Shown: positions 56,640 to 64,000 of the stretch, piece after piece
Position numbering within the stretch: position 1 is the first letter of the stretch
Layout: each line of letters starts with the position of its first letter
Position numbers and translations under genes: made by a program
Source of the DNA: an uncultured virus (IMG/VR IMGVR_UViG_3300025691_000004)
Taxonomy: Duplodnaviria > Heunggongvirae > Uroviricota > Caudoviricetes
IMG/VR virus record: IMGVR_UViG_3300025691_000004
Strand: one strand, 5' to 3'
Length of the DNA: 64,000 nucleotides
Notes under the pieces: model-generated
Databases searched by the model: none
Seen by the model: only the letters and a program-made list of their open reading frames with translations
What the model was told of the DNA's origin: nothing

Positions 56640-58979
56640 ATGTCTTACACCCTCCAGTGGCTGACGCCCTCGATTGACGCCAACAAGGCGACCCCCATCA
56701 CCGTCGGCGTTGCCTCCACGAACTCCACCGCTGCCCCGATCACCTTCACCGGCAAGGGCGCCGCCAACTACGGTCTCATCGAGCAGACCAACCTGATGCG
56801 CGTGCTGGAGAACTTCGCAGCTCCGGTACCTCCAGCCAATCCAACGGTCGGTATGAACTGGTACGACAGCACCAAGAAGGTGCTGAACGTCTGCGTTTCG
56901 ACTGTGCCGCTCGTGTGGCAGTCCATGGGTGGCATCACTATTGGCTCAGCTCCACCGGCCTCTCCTCAGCTTGGCGACCTCTGGGTCAACCAGGTGAACG
57001 ACGTCACCGCGGCGATGTACATGTACACCGGCGTTGGCCGCTACCCAGCAACCGCCTGGGACGCCTACACGGTTGGCTACTACGGCGCCGCCTCCACGCT
57101 GGTGGCCCCGTACCCTGGCATCCTGCTCAACTACAACACGTTCAGCACCACCAACTACAATGAGGCCTACATTCACGGCTTCTCGGGTGCAACGCCAGCC
57201 GACGTCGATCCGCAGATCCTCGTCAACGGCGTGCTGACCAACATGCCGCGCGGCGTGATGTTCACCGGCGAGAAGGTTGCCCGTGGCTTCATCGTGTGGG
57301 ACACCACTGCCACCCTCACCTCCACTGGCGGTGCCTCGCACTTCTTTGGCGTGCGCGACGTTGGCGCCGGCAAGTGGGAGTACGACACCAACTCCGGTTG
57401 GGCGCCCTTCACGCCAGTCAGCGGCATGTACGTCGTTGGCACCTACTCGTCGGCGGTCGTTGACACCAACACCGCACCTGGCCTTACCGCTGGCGCAGTG
57501 TGGCAGGAAACCCGCGACCTCACCACTTTCGTTGGCGCTGCCCAGACCTCCGCCAACGGCGCTGGTGGTTGGGAGCAGATCTTCCCGACGGTAGAGTACC
57601 ACGGCGCCCGCGCCGAGTTCGATGAGATGCTGCAGCTCCTGCTCGCCTTCATCGGCTCGCCTGAGACGTGGGGCGGCAACGGCATGATCGAAGGTCTGCC
57701 GTTCCCTGACCTCGCGACCCTCGATGCAAGCGTCCAGCTGGCGTACGCCAACGCCACCAACAACGGCCTCGACACCGTCACCGAGCCGCTCGCCTCCGCT
57801 GCTCTGCGCGTTGAACCGAACTCGCAGGACTGGGACCTGCTCCTCGCCGCCGCCAAGCTCGCGCTGAACCGCCTCGATGTACCGGTCGGTTACGCCCTCG
57901 ACGTATCGCCGCAGCCGTTCACGATGGACGGCCTGCCACCTGCCGCACCGGTTGTCGCGCTGCCAACCACCGACATCCGCTACCCAACGGCTGCTCGCCT
58001 CGCCAAGCGCCGCGTCGGTTCGGTCACGTCCTCGCGCACGTACACCGAGACGATGAACCTGCTGGCCAATGCCACGGCCCTGCGCTACCAGCTGAAGACG
58101 TACTCAGGCAACAACAGCACGAACTCCTCACCTCTGCTGACGTCGGCTCCGTACTTCCAGTCGCAGCACCAGGCGCTGTACACCGGCGGTTCGTTCACGA
58201 CGATGGAGCTGCGCTTCGCCTTCGCGAACGATCACGACCTGCGCACGTTCTTCGCCGGCGGCAACTGCATCGACGTGCTGCCAAGCTACACGCTGCCTGG
58301 CTCGCCGACCGCCAACGACACCAACTGGCAGGCCTTCCTCCAGACCTGCGCCCGCATCCGCATCTCGCAGGACATGGTGCGCGTCTTCGACAACGGCGCT
58401 CCAGCCAACCTGACGCAGGCCCCAATTGCCGGCGGCTTCGCGAACACGGGCACCAGCCCAACCTTCGCCACGCTGGCGACCATCACGAGCGGCAGCTACT
58501 CGGCAGCCATCAGCACCTCCAAGGCAGGCGGTGACCTGCGCGTGCGCATCATCCTGAACGCACCAAGCGCCCTGGGTGGTACGTCGCAGGTTCGCTACGC
58601 CGTCATCCACGACTGCGTCTCGCACGACGCCGATGTGCCGTTCTTCTCTCGTCCTGCGTTCTTCGTCGCAGGTTCCGACGACGCCGCGAAGGACCCGATC
58701 TGGACGAACATCGTCATCTCGACCCCTCCAACCTCTGCCTTCTCGGCTTCGGCAGTGACTGGTGCAGCTCCGCTGTCGGTCAACTTCAACTGGACAGGTG
58801 TCAACCTGGGTGCAGGCACGGTTGACTGGGACTTCGAGAGCGACGGCACCGTGGACAGCAGCGGTACGAGCGTGTCGCACACGTACACGCAACCTGGCTA
58901 CTACACCGTCACGATCTACGCAGGCTCGTCAGGTGCACGCGACGCGCTGCAGCGCGTGTCCTACATTCATGTGACGTAA
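56640..58979 (+). CDS. virion structural protein with C-terminal PKD domain
   Basis: GKGAANYG...LENFA N-domain; GAAPLSVNF...WDF..DG...HTYTQPGYYTVT; GGAG RBS. Confidence 0.8.
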   Translation: MSYTLQWLTPSIDANKATPITVGVASTNSTAAPITFTGKGAANYGLIEQTNLMRVLENFAAPVPPANPTVGMNWYDSTKKVLNVCVSTVPLVWQSMGGITIGSAPPASPQLGDLWVNQVNDVTAAMYMYTGVGRYPATAWDAYTVGYYGAASTLVAPYPGILLNYNTFSTTNYNEAYIHGFSGATPADVDPQILVNGVLTNMPRGVMFTGEKVARGFIVWDTTATLTSTGGASHFFGVRDVGAGKWEYDTNSGWAPFTPVSGMYVVGTYSSAVVDTNTAPGLTAGAVWQETRDLTTFVGAAQTSANGAGGWEQIFPTVEYHGARAEFDEMLQLLLAFIGSPETWGGNGMIEGLPFPDLATLDASVQLAYANATNNGLDTVTEPLASAALRVEPNSQDWDLLLAAAKLALNRLDVPVGYALDVSPQPFTMDGLPPAAPVVALPTTDIRYPTAARLAKRRVGSVTSSRTYTETMNLLANATALRYQLKTYSGNNSTNSSPLLTSAPYFQSQHQALYTGGSFTTMELRFAFANDHDLRTFFAGGNCIDVLPSYTLPGSPTANDTNWQAFLQTCARIRISQDMVRVFDNGAPANLTQAPIAGGFANTGTSPTFATLATITSGSYSAAISTSKAGGDLRVRIILNAPSALGGTSQVRYAVIHDCVSHDADVPFFSRPAFFVAGSDDAAKDPIWTNIVISTPPTSAFSASAVTGAAPLSVNFNWTGVNLGAGTVDWDFESDGTVDSSGTSVSHTYTQPGYYTVTIYAGSSGARDALQRVSYIHVT

Positions 58980-58992
58980 AGAGGGTTGAGCT

Positions 58993-59022
58993 GTTTACAG
59001 GGGGTTCACGGTTGGATAGAAT
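58993..59022 (+). promoter_or_regulatory. early promoter GTTTACA-N17-TAGAAT
   Basis: Matches the T4 early -35 and -10 boxes. Confidence 0.6.
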
Positions 59023-59040
59023 GGGCTCAGCACGTTAACA

Positions 59041-59319
59041 ATGAGGAGCCCACTCTTGAAGCAGACCAAACCAATCATCGTCCTACCTGGCCAGCTCTAC
59101 TACGACGAAACGAAGAACGAGTACCTCATCGTTAGCCGTCACCAAGGGGACACGACCTCATACGAAGGTCGCGGCTTCCGAGGAATGCTGGAGACCGACG
59201 AGTTCCTCGAGCGCTTTCAACCTGTCGATCCGGCAGACCTGGAGCAGGAGGAGCTTGACGAGCTGGTCAACCTCTGCCGAGTTCCAGTGACCCCGAAGAT
59301 CGGCTTCATCAAGGACTGA
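59041..59319 (+). CDS. hypothetical protein
   Basis: ORF after the promoter. Confidence 0.6.
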   Translation: MRSPLLKQTKPIIVLPGQLYYDETKNEYLIVSRHQGDTTSYEGRGFRGMLETDEFLERFQPVDPADLEQEELDELVNLCRVPVTPKIGFIKD

Positions 59320-59322
59320 GAC

Positions 59323-59805
59323 ATGGCAAAGATCGTAAGCCGAACCGACACCGACGCAGGTCGCCTCGCTGCCCTCCAGCAGCTCATCATGGACCACTCG
59401 CTGGGCAACATCGGCAAGGCCGAGGACAACCCAAACTTCGTGGTTGCCGACAACTTCGAGGACGGCCTGGACCAGGTCAACCAGCTGTTCATGGGTCTCA
59501 AGGCAGCCCTGGTCGCCATGCGCACCCGGTACGACGTTCTCGACGCCGCCTTCGTGATGACCCGCACCCGTCTCGAGCTGGTCGAGGACCTGCTGGCCTC
59601 CGTCGTGGAGGACATCGACTACGACGAGCCGCTCGACCATGCGACCATGGACCTGATGGACTGCATGGCCTCCCGTGGAAGCTGCGGCTTCGACGCCGAC
59701 GGCCACCTCGTCTTCGACGAGCGCTCGCGGTTCTCGAAGGAGGACATCAAGCCCATGCTGCGCGAGGCGATCGTGCGCTGGGTCGAGCTGAGGATGTCCA
59801 AGTGA
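59323..59805 (+). CDS. hypothetical protein
   Basis: Codon bias; in operon. Confidence 0.7.
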   Translation: MAKIVSRTDTDAGRLAALQQLIMDHSLGNIGKAEDNPNFVVADNFEDGLDQVNQLFMGLKAALVAMRTRYDVLDAAFVMTRTRLELVEDLLASVVEDIDYDEPLDHATMDLMDCMASRGSCGFDADGHLVFDERSRFSKEDIKPMLREAIVRWVELRMSK

Positions 59806-60275
59806 ACGCGGAGATCGAGGCCCTCCTGGCCGACGTCCGCGCCTACGGCGACAGCACCCAGCGCTGGGAGCGCCAGCTTCTTCTCGGCCGCATCGAGATT
59901 GCTGCCAAGGCCCTCATCGGACAGGAGCGCGTACCTGACCTGGGCCCATGGCACGCCAACTCCAACGGCACCGTCATCTCCTCGGACAGCTTCGACCATG
60001 ACGTGCAGCTGCGCGTGTCGGGCGACTTCTACAGCGACAGCGACCGCGTGGCCTACACGACCGCCCTCGTCAACCACCTCAACGGCAACCAGCCCCTGAC
60101 CGGTGGCCTGCCGAAGGAACCGCCTGCCTCGCTGATCCACTCCATGTGCATGCGCTACAGGCACGACTACGGCCTCATCGCGCCTGAGCACCAGGAGGCA
60201 ACGCGGTCCATCATGCGCCAGCTCTACAAGGAAGCGGCTGGCCACGGCTTCTTCAAGTGGCCAGGCGACGTGTAA
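59802..60275 (+). CDS. hypothetical protein
   Basis: Coupled ORF. Confidence 0.65.
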   Translation: MNAEIEALLADVRAYGDSTQRWERQLLLGRIEIAAKALIGQERVPDLGPWHANSNGTVISSDSFDHDVQLRVSGDFYSDSDRVAYTTALVNHLNGNQPLTGGLPKEPPASLIHSMCMRYRHDYGLIAPEHQEATRSIMRQLYKEAAGHGFFKWPGDV

Positions 60276-60330
60276 CAGATCTTCGTGGTTACAACTTGGT
60301 TGTGTACTAGACCGGTGGTTGATGTACAAT
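60271..60330 (+). promoter_or_regulatory. TGTAAC...GTTACA element plus early promoter GTGTAC-N17-TACAAT
   Basis: GTGTAC at 60302 and TACAAT at 60325. Confidence 0.72.
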
Positions 60331-60405
60331 AGCTTCATCGGTTGAGACAAGGTCGAGACCGAGATCGAAAGTCCAACCTCTTTGTCAACCACTGGAGATT
60401 TCCAC

Positions 60406-60681
60406 ATGACCGAAGCCACCGTCGCCACCACCCCGAAGTCCGTCGCCGCCCGTGCCGCCCGCAAGCGCTTCTCGTTCGGCAAGGTCTGGAACGCCGCCGT
60501 CGTGGCCGGCAAGGCCACCGACGTCGCCAAGCTGGTCGAGCAAGGCGTCCGCCTGAAGGCCGGCAGCCGCTCGGACCTGAAGAAGCTGAAGCTGGCCACC
60601 CTGCGCGCCAAGGTCGCCGCCAAGCTGCAGGCCGCCGAAGCCGCTCCGGTTGCCACCGCCACCGAGGCCACCAGCGCCTAA
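60406..60681 (+). CDS. small basic Ala/Lys-rich protein, possibly nucleic-acid binding
   Basis: GGAG RBS; extreme GCC/AAG codon bias. Confidence 0.7.
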   Translation: MTEATVATTPKSVAARAARKRFSFGKVWNAAVVAGKATDVAKLVEQGVRLKAGSRSDLKKLKLATLRAKVAAKLQAAEAAPVATATEATSA

Positions 60682-60742
60682 GAGCTTTCCGCTCTTCATC
60701 TCGCAGGGCCCCTAGGGCCCTTGAGGCGCTAGGAGAACCCAC

Positions 60743-60901
60743 ATGAACGCCTACAAGGTCACCTTCGTCTTCCTCGGCATCATCTACCTGGTGCTGCTGG
60801 CTTGGGGAGCAGGCATTCCTTCCCGGGGCGTCATGACCCTGTCCCTCATGGGAGCCTTCGTCTGCTCTCTTGGTTGGTGGATGGTCGACCGCTACATGTA
60901 A
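60743..60901 (+). CDS. small two-TM membrane protein
   Basis: AGGAG RBS; manual translation begins MNAYKVTFVFLGIIYLVLLAWG. Confidence 0.6.
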   Translation: MNAYKVTFVFLGIIYLVLLAWGAGIPSRGVMTLSLMGAFVCSLGWWMVDRYM

Positions 60902-60956
60902 CCGGCTTCGCCCGTTACAATCTAGTTGTGTACTAGATGTGGCAGTGGTGTACAAT
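60897..60956 (+). promoter_or_regulatory. TGTAAC...GTTACA element plus early promoter GTGTAC-N17-TACAAT
   Basis: GTGTAC at 60928 and TACAAT at 60951. Confidence 0.72.
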
Positions 60957-60988
60957 ACACCTATCGACCAAGCAACCTCGGAAGCAAA

Positions 60989-61960
60989 ATGACCAAAGTC
61001 GCTGAACTCCGCCACAACGCTACCACCAACAAGTGGGAAGCTTCCTACGCCGGCCAGGTCTTCCTGAAGTCGACGTCCAAGGACTACGTGGTGGACAAGA
61101 TCGTCAATCAGATCAGCGAGAAGGCCAAGAAGCTGGGCATCACCGACTACGTCGAAGTGGGTGCCGCTCCTGCCGGTGCCAAGCGCGAGGTCAACCCCGA
61201 GTTGCAGTTCTCTATCGACGAGCGCTTCGACATCCTGACGGACTTCGTCACGATGGTTGCCAAGCGCAACGTTCCCTCGGCCGTGATCACCGGCTCCGGC
61301 GGTCTCGGCAAGACGCACACCGTGCTGGCAGCTCTCGCTGCCGCGGGTCTGAAGAACATCGACGACCTCGAGGTCGGCGCCGTGATGGACGAAGCTCTCC
61401 AGGAAAGCACCTTCCTGATGGTCAAGGGCTTCTCGACGGCCAAGGCTCTCTACCGCACCCTCTACGAGAACCAGAACCGAGTGATCGTCTTCGACGACTG
61501 CGACAGCATCCAGAAGGACGCGGACGCGGTGAACATCCTCAAGGCTGCCCTCGACAGCTACGAGAGCCGCACGATCTCGTGGAACTCGGAGAGCCCGTTC
61601 GGTAAGGAAGACGCGCTGCCGCGCTCGTTCAAGTTCTACGGTGGCGTCGTGTTCATCAGCAACCTGCCGATGTACAAGGTGCCGCAGGCCCTGATCAGCC
61701 GCTGTCTCGCTGCCGACGTCTCGATGACCCGCGAGGAGATCATCCAGCGCATGACGACCATCGTCAAGGCCGGCGAGTTCCTCCCGGCTGTCGACATGGA
61801 AGTCAAGCTCGAGTGCCTCGAGTACCTGGCGGAAGTCTCGAAGCTGCCGGAAGTGCAGGCCCTGAACCTGCGCTCGCTGATCAAGACTGTCAACATCCGT
61901 CTGTCGGTGCCGAGCAACTGGAAGCGCCGCGCTCTCTACTCGCTGCTGAACGACCGCTGA
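60989..61960 (+). CDS. AAA/P-loop ATPase
   Basis: GSGGLGKT, IVFDDCD, FISN, SRC. Confidence 0.8.
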   Translation: MTKVAELRHNATTNKWEASYAGQVFLKSTSKDYVVDKIVNQISEKAKKLGITDYVEVGAAPAGAKREVNPELQFSIDERFDILTDFVTMVAKRNVPSAVITGSGGLGKTHTVLAALAAAGLKNIDDLEVGAVMDEALQESTFLMVKGFSTAKALYRTLYENQNRVIVFDDCDSIQKDADAVNILKAALDSYESRTISWNSESPFGKEDALPRSFKFYGGVVFISNLPMYKVPQALISRCLAADVSMTREEIIQRMTTIVKAGEFLPAVDMEVKLECLEYLAEVSKLPEVQALNLRSLIKTVNIRLSVPSNWKRRALYSLLNDR

Positions 61961-61984
61961 TCGAAGTCCGCCAAGGAGCCAACC

Positions 61985-62212
61985 ATGAGCCAAGGTCCCT
62001 ACCCCCGGCCCTTCACCTTCGAGAAGGCGGTGGCCGAGTCCGCCAAGACGATTGCCGAGAACGCGAGCTGGCCTCGCGGCATCGTGATGGCCGCCATGGC
62101 CTTCGCCTTCTCGCTGGCCTACAACCGGCCGATCAAGGAGGTGCACGAGGCCATCAAGGCCGCCACCCTGCCGCGCGAGTCTGGCGCCTACTGGTTCGGG
62201 AAGCAGCTGTGA
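61985..62212 (+). CDS. hypothetical protein
   Basis: AAGGAG RBS. Confidence 0.6.
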   Translation: MSQGPYPRPFTFEKAVAESAKTIAENASWPRGIVMAAMAFAFSLAYNRPIKEVHEAIKAATLPRESGAYWFGKQL

Positions 62213-62415
62213 AGCGCCCTCTCATCGATCCCTCGCTCGCCTACGTCGACCTCGACGAGGAGGGCTACTTCCGGCTCTGGCTGTCGTACTACCCCGCCGG
62301 GTCCGGTCCGCTGGGCGTCATGAAGACCGTCTGCGCCCTCATCGAATCCATCTGCCACCTGCGCGGCATCGACACCAGCCAGTGGCCCGCCCGCGCCACC
62401 AAGGAGCTCTCATGA
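62209..62415 (+). CDS. hypothetical protein
   Basis: GTGA overlap. Confidence 0.5.
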   Translation: MKRPLIDPSLAYVDLDEEGYFRLWLSYYPAGSGPLGVMKTVCALIESICHLRGIDTSQWPARATKELS

Positions 62416-62576
62416 CCGCCTACCTCGCCGTCACCACGGCCATCTTCACCTTCATGTTCATCATCTGGAGCCGCCGCAGCTGGATCGACGTGTTCCTCAA
62501 GGTCGCGTTCTTCGGCATGGCCGGCTGGTCCGGCTTCCTGCTGTTCGAGGCGCTCGGCTACATCCTGAAGGGCTGA
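62412..62576 (+). CDS. small two-TM membrane protein
   Basis: AAGGAG RBS; hydrophobic. Confidence 0.6.
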   Translation: MTAYLAVTTAIFTFMFIIWSRRSWIDVFLKVAFFGMAGWSGFLLFEALGYILKG

Positions 62577-62578
62577 TC

Positions 62579-63370
62579 ATGGACGACACCGACTTCATCG
62601 GCTGGTTCTTCCGGCCCGAGATCAACCAGGAACGGACCTCGATGGTCGAGGACTCGCTGCACTTCATCCGCGAGGGCCTGCGCGAGGAGTCCGGCCCGCC
62701 CAAGCCCAGCGCCATCTACCCGGCGTTCGAGGCGGTGTGCAAGGCCGCGATGTACGACCACCTCAACGCGCCGTTCGTCATCAAGAAGGGCAAGACCCCG
62801 AGGATGGACTACCGCGACGCTGGCGACTCCATGCTGGTGTTCGCAGCGGCCTTCCTCGACGAGCACCAGTGGTCGAACTCCGGCGGGCCTATCGCGGCGT
62901 GGCGCTGCGGTCCCTTCAGCGACGAACTGCAGCAGCGACTCAACTCCTTCTGGCACCCGACCATCGACGAGGAGCACACCTCCACCCGCGTCGCGTTCGA
63001 GGTGGTCTACTCCAACCTGGCTCGTGCCAACACGCGCATCACGCTGCTGAGCACCCTGCGCCGGCTGCTGAAGCTGCGCGAGCCGGTGAACTTCATGGAG
63101 ATCCGCACCGAGCTGTGGATGCGCAAGGTCCAGTTCCAGCGCGAGCTGATGGTCCTCGGCGCTCTCGGCGGCGAGGAGCTGCTGCGCACGGCGGTGGTCA
63201 CGGTCGCCCCGCAGACCATCATCTCGGGCGACAGGATCACCAAGTACTCGCTGATCCAGCTGGTGCAGCGCGACGGCTACATGCCTGGCCGCTGGATGTC
63301 GGTGACCGAGGACGGCCTCCGAGATGACCTCGAGACCAGCTTCAAGCGCCTGACGGGAGACGCCGCGTGA
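62579..63370 (+). CDS. hypothetical protein
   Basis: Codon bias; in operon. Confidence 0.7.
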   Translation: MDDTDFIGWFFRPEINQERTSMVEDSLHFIREGLREESGPPKPSAIYPAFEAVCKAAMYDHLNAPFVIKKGKTPRMDYRDAGDSMLVFAAAFLDEHQWSNSGGPIAAWRCGPFSDELQQRLNSFWHPTIDEEHTSTRVAFEVVYSNLARANTRITLLSTLRRLLKLREPVNFMEIRTELWMRKVQFQRELMVLGALGGEELLRTAVVTVAPQTIISGDRITKYSLIQLVQRDGYMPGRWMSVTEDGLRDDLETSFKRLTGDAA

Positions 63371-63822
63371 AGGCCGCGCTCGTCGCGGGTGTCCTGACAG
63401 TGGCTGCCGGAGGGGCAGCCGCGGACGAGCTCCTGTTCCACACCTTCTCGGTGCACGGCCACAAGCGCTTCTTCAACGACGACGGCTCGTCCGGCGTCTA
63501 CAACAACACGAACCTCGGCGTTGGCTGGCGCACGGACGGGAGCTACGTGCTGGGCGCGTACTACAACTCGTACCGTCGGCCGACCGTCTACGCCGGCCGC
63601 TGGCTGCTGTGGGAGGTGTCCGAGTCCGTGCAGCTCGGTGGGTGGGCTGCCCTGGCCACCGGCTACAAGGACTACATCACGCGGCGTGAGCTGAACGTCA
63701 TCGGCGCTCTGACCTTCCGTTACTCCCTGGGAGGCGGGTACAGCGCGTACATATCTGGAGTGCCCCGTCTCGGGGCCACGGATGCCGTCGTCAACTTCAC
63801 CCTCGGAAAGGAGCTCAGATGA
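63367..63822 (+). CDS. signal-peptide outer-membrane beta-barrel, PagP-like
   Basis: Signal peptide; SVH, YNNTNLGVG, GAYYNSY, YAG, ATGY; alternating beta strands. Confidence 0.6.
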   Translation: MKAALVAGVLTVAAGGAAADELLFHTFSVHGHKRFFNDDGSSGVYNNTNLGVGWRTDGSYVLGAYYNSYRRPTVYAGRWLLWEVSESVQLGGWAALATGYKDYITRRELNVIGALTFRYSLGGGYSAYISGVPRLGATDAVVNFTLGKELR

Positions 63823-64000
63823 AGCGCTTCCTTCTCTTGCTGCTCCTCGCCTGTGGCGTCGCGCATGCCAACCCTGTCACCGACCTCTACGGGGCTCTCG
63901 TCCAAGACGAGGGCCCTTTCTCCATTGAGGAGGTCACGGCCCAGACGCCAAGCCCGCTCCTCACTGGCTACCAGGCCAAGACGCGCAAGTGCGAGCTGCT
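63819..64000 (+). CDS. secreted protein, partial
   Basis: MKRFLLLLLLACGVAHA signal peptide; runs off the window. Confidence 0.55.
   Translation, partial: MKRFLLLLLLACGVAHANPVTDLYGALVQDEGPFSIEEVTAQTPSPLLTGYQAKTRKCEL

Noticed and set aside
24692..60919. TAAC...GTTA elements as integron attC sites
   Set aside because: Spacers are too short, GTTACA does not fit GTTRRRY, and there is no integrase in the window
1..64000. Stop-codon reassignment, tRNAs, CRISPR array
   Set aside because: Conserved genes are full length in code 11; no cloverleaf or repeat-spacer array was recognised by eye (tRNAscan-SE would be definitive)

Overview
This 64 kb window is a GC-rich segment of a large T4-like or jumbo lytic phage. 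The evidence is TAAATA late promoters, gp39/gp52-type topoisomerase II, an Rnl1-type RNA ligase, PhoH, and proteins carrying MKTFKQFLxE-type capsid-targeting leaders. From left to right: (1) 1-13.4 kb, a minus-strand receptor-binding region with three fibres bearing S74 chaperones, three tip proteins sharing one N-terminal docking domain, and a partial fatty-acid desaturase; a plus-strand cassette of putative capsid-packaged proteins, including a nucleotidyltransferase, interrupts it. (2) 13.6-24.0 kb, a nucleotide/sugar cluster: a dCMP-specific thymidylate-synthase homologue, two NMP kinases, a UDG-fold protein, a GalE-type epimerase, an orphan glycosyltransferase-like ORF, UDP-galactopyranose mutase and a cytidylyltransferase. 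This is the best candidate for an undescribed system, namely furanose-sugar (probably galactofuranose) hypermodification of cytosine in phage DNA. (3) 24-40 kb, topoisomerase, DnaJ, SLOG, Tpt1/KptA, a true ThyA, a macrodomain, an ART-like protein and small early genes. (4) 40-51 kb, a second virion fibre cluster. (5) 51-64 kb, RNA ligase, ClpP, PhoH, HNH, a PKD-domain structural protein, and early genes including a PagP-like beta-barrel. I saw no tRNA, rRNA or CRISPR array. All calls come from recognising motifs by eye; no database searches were run.
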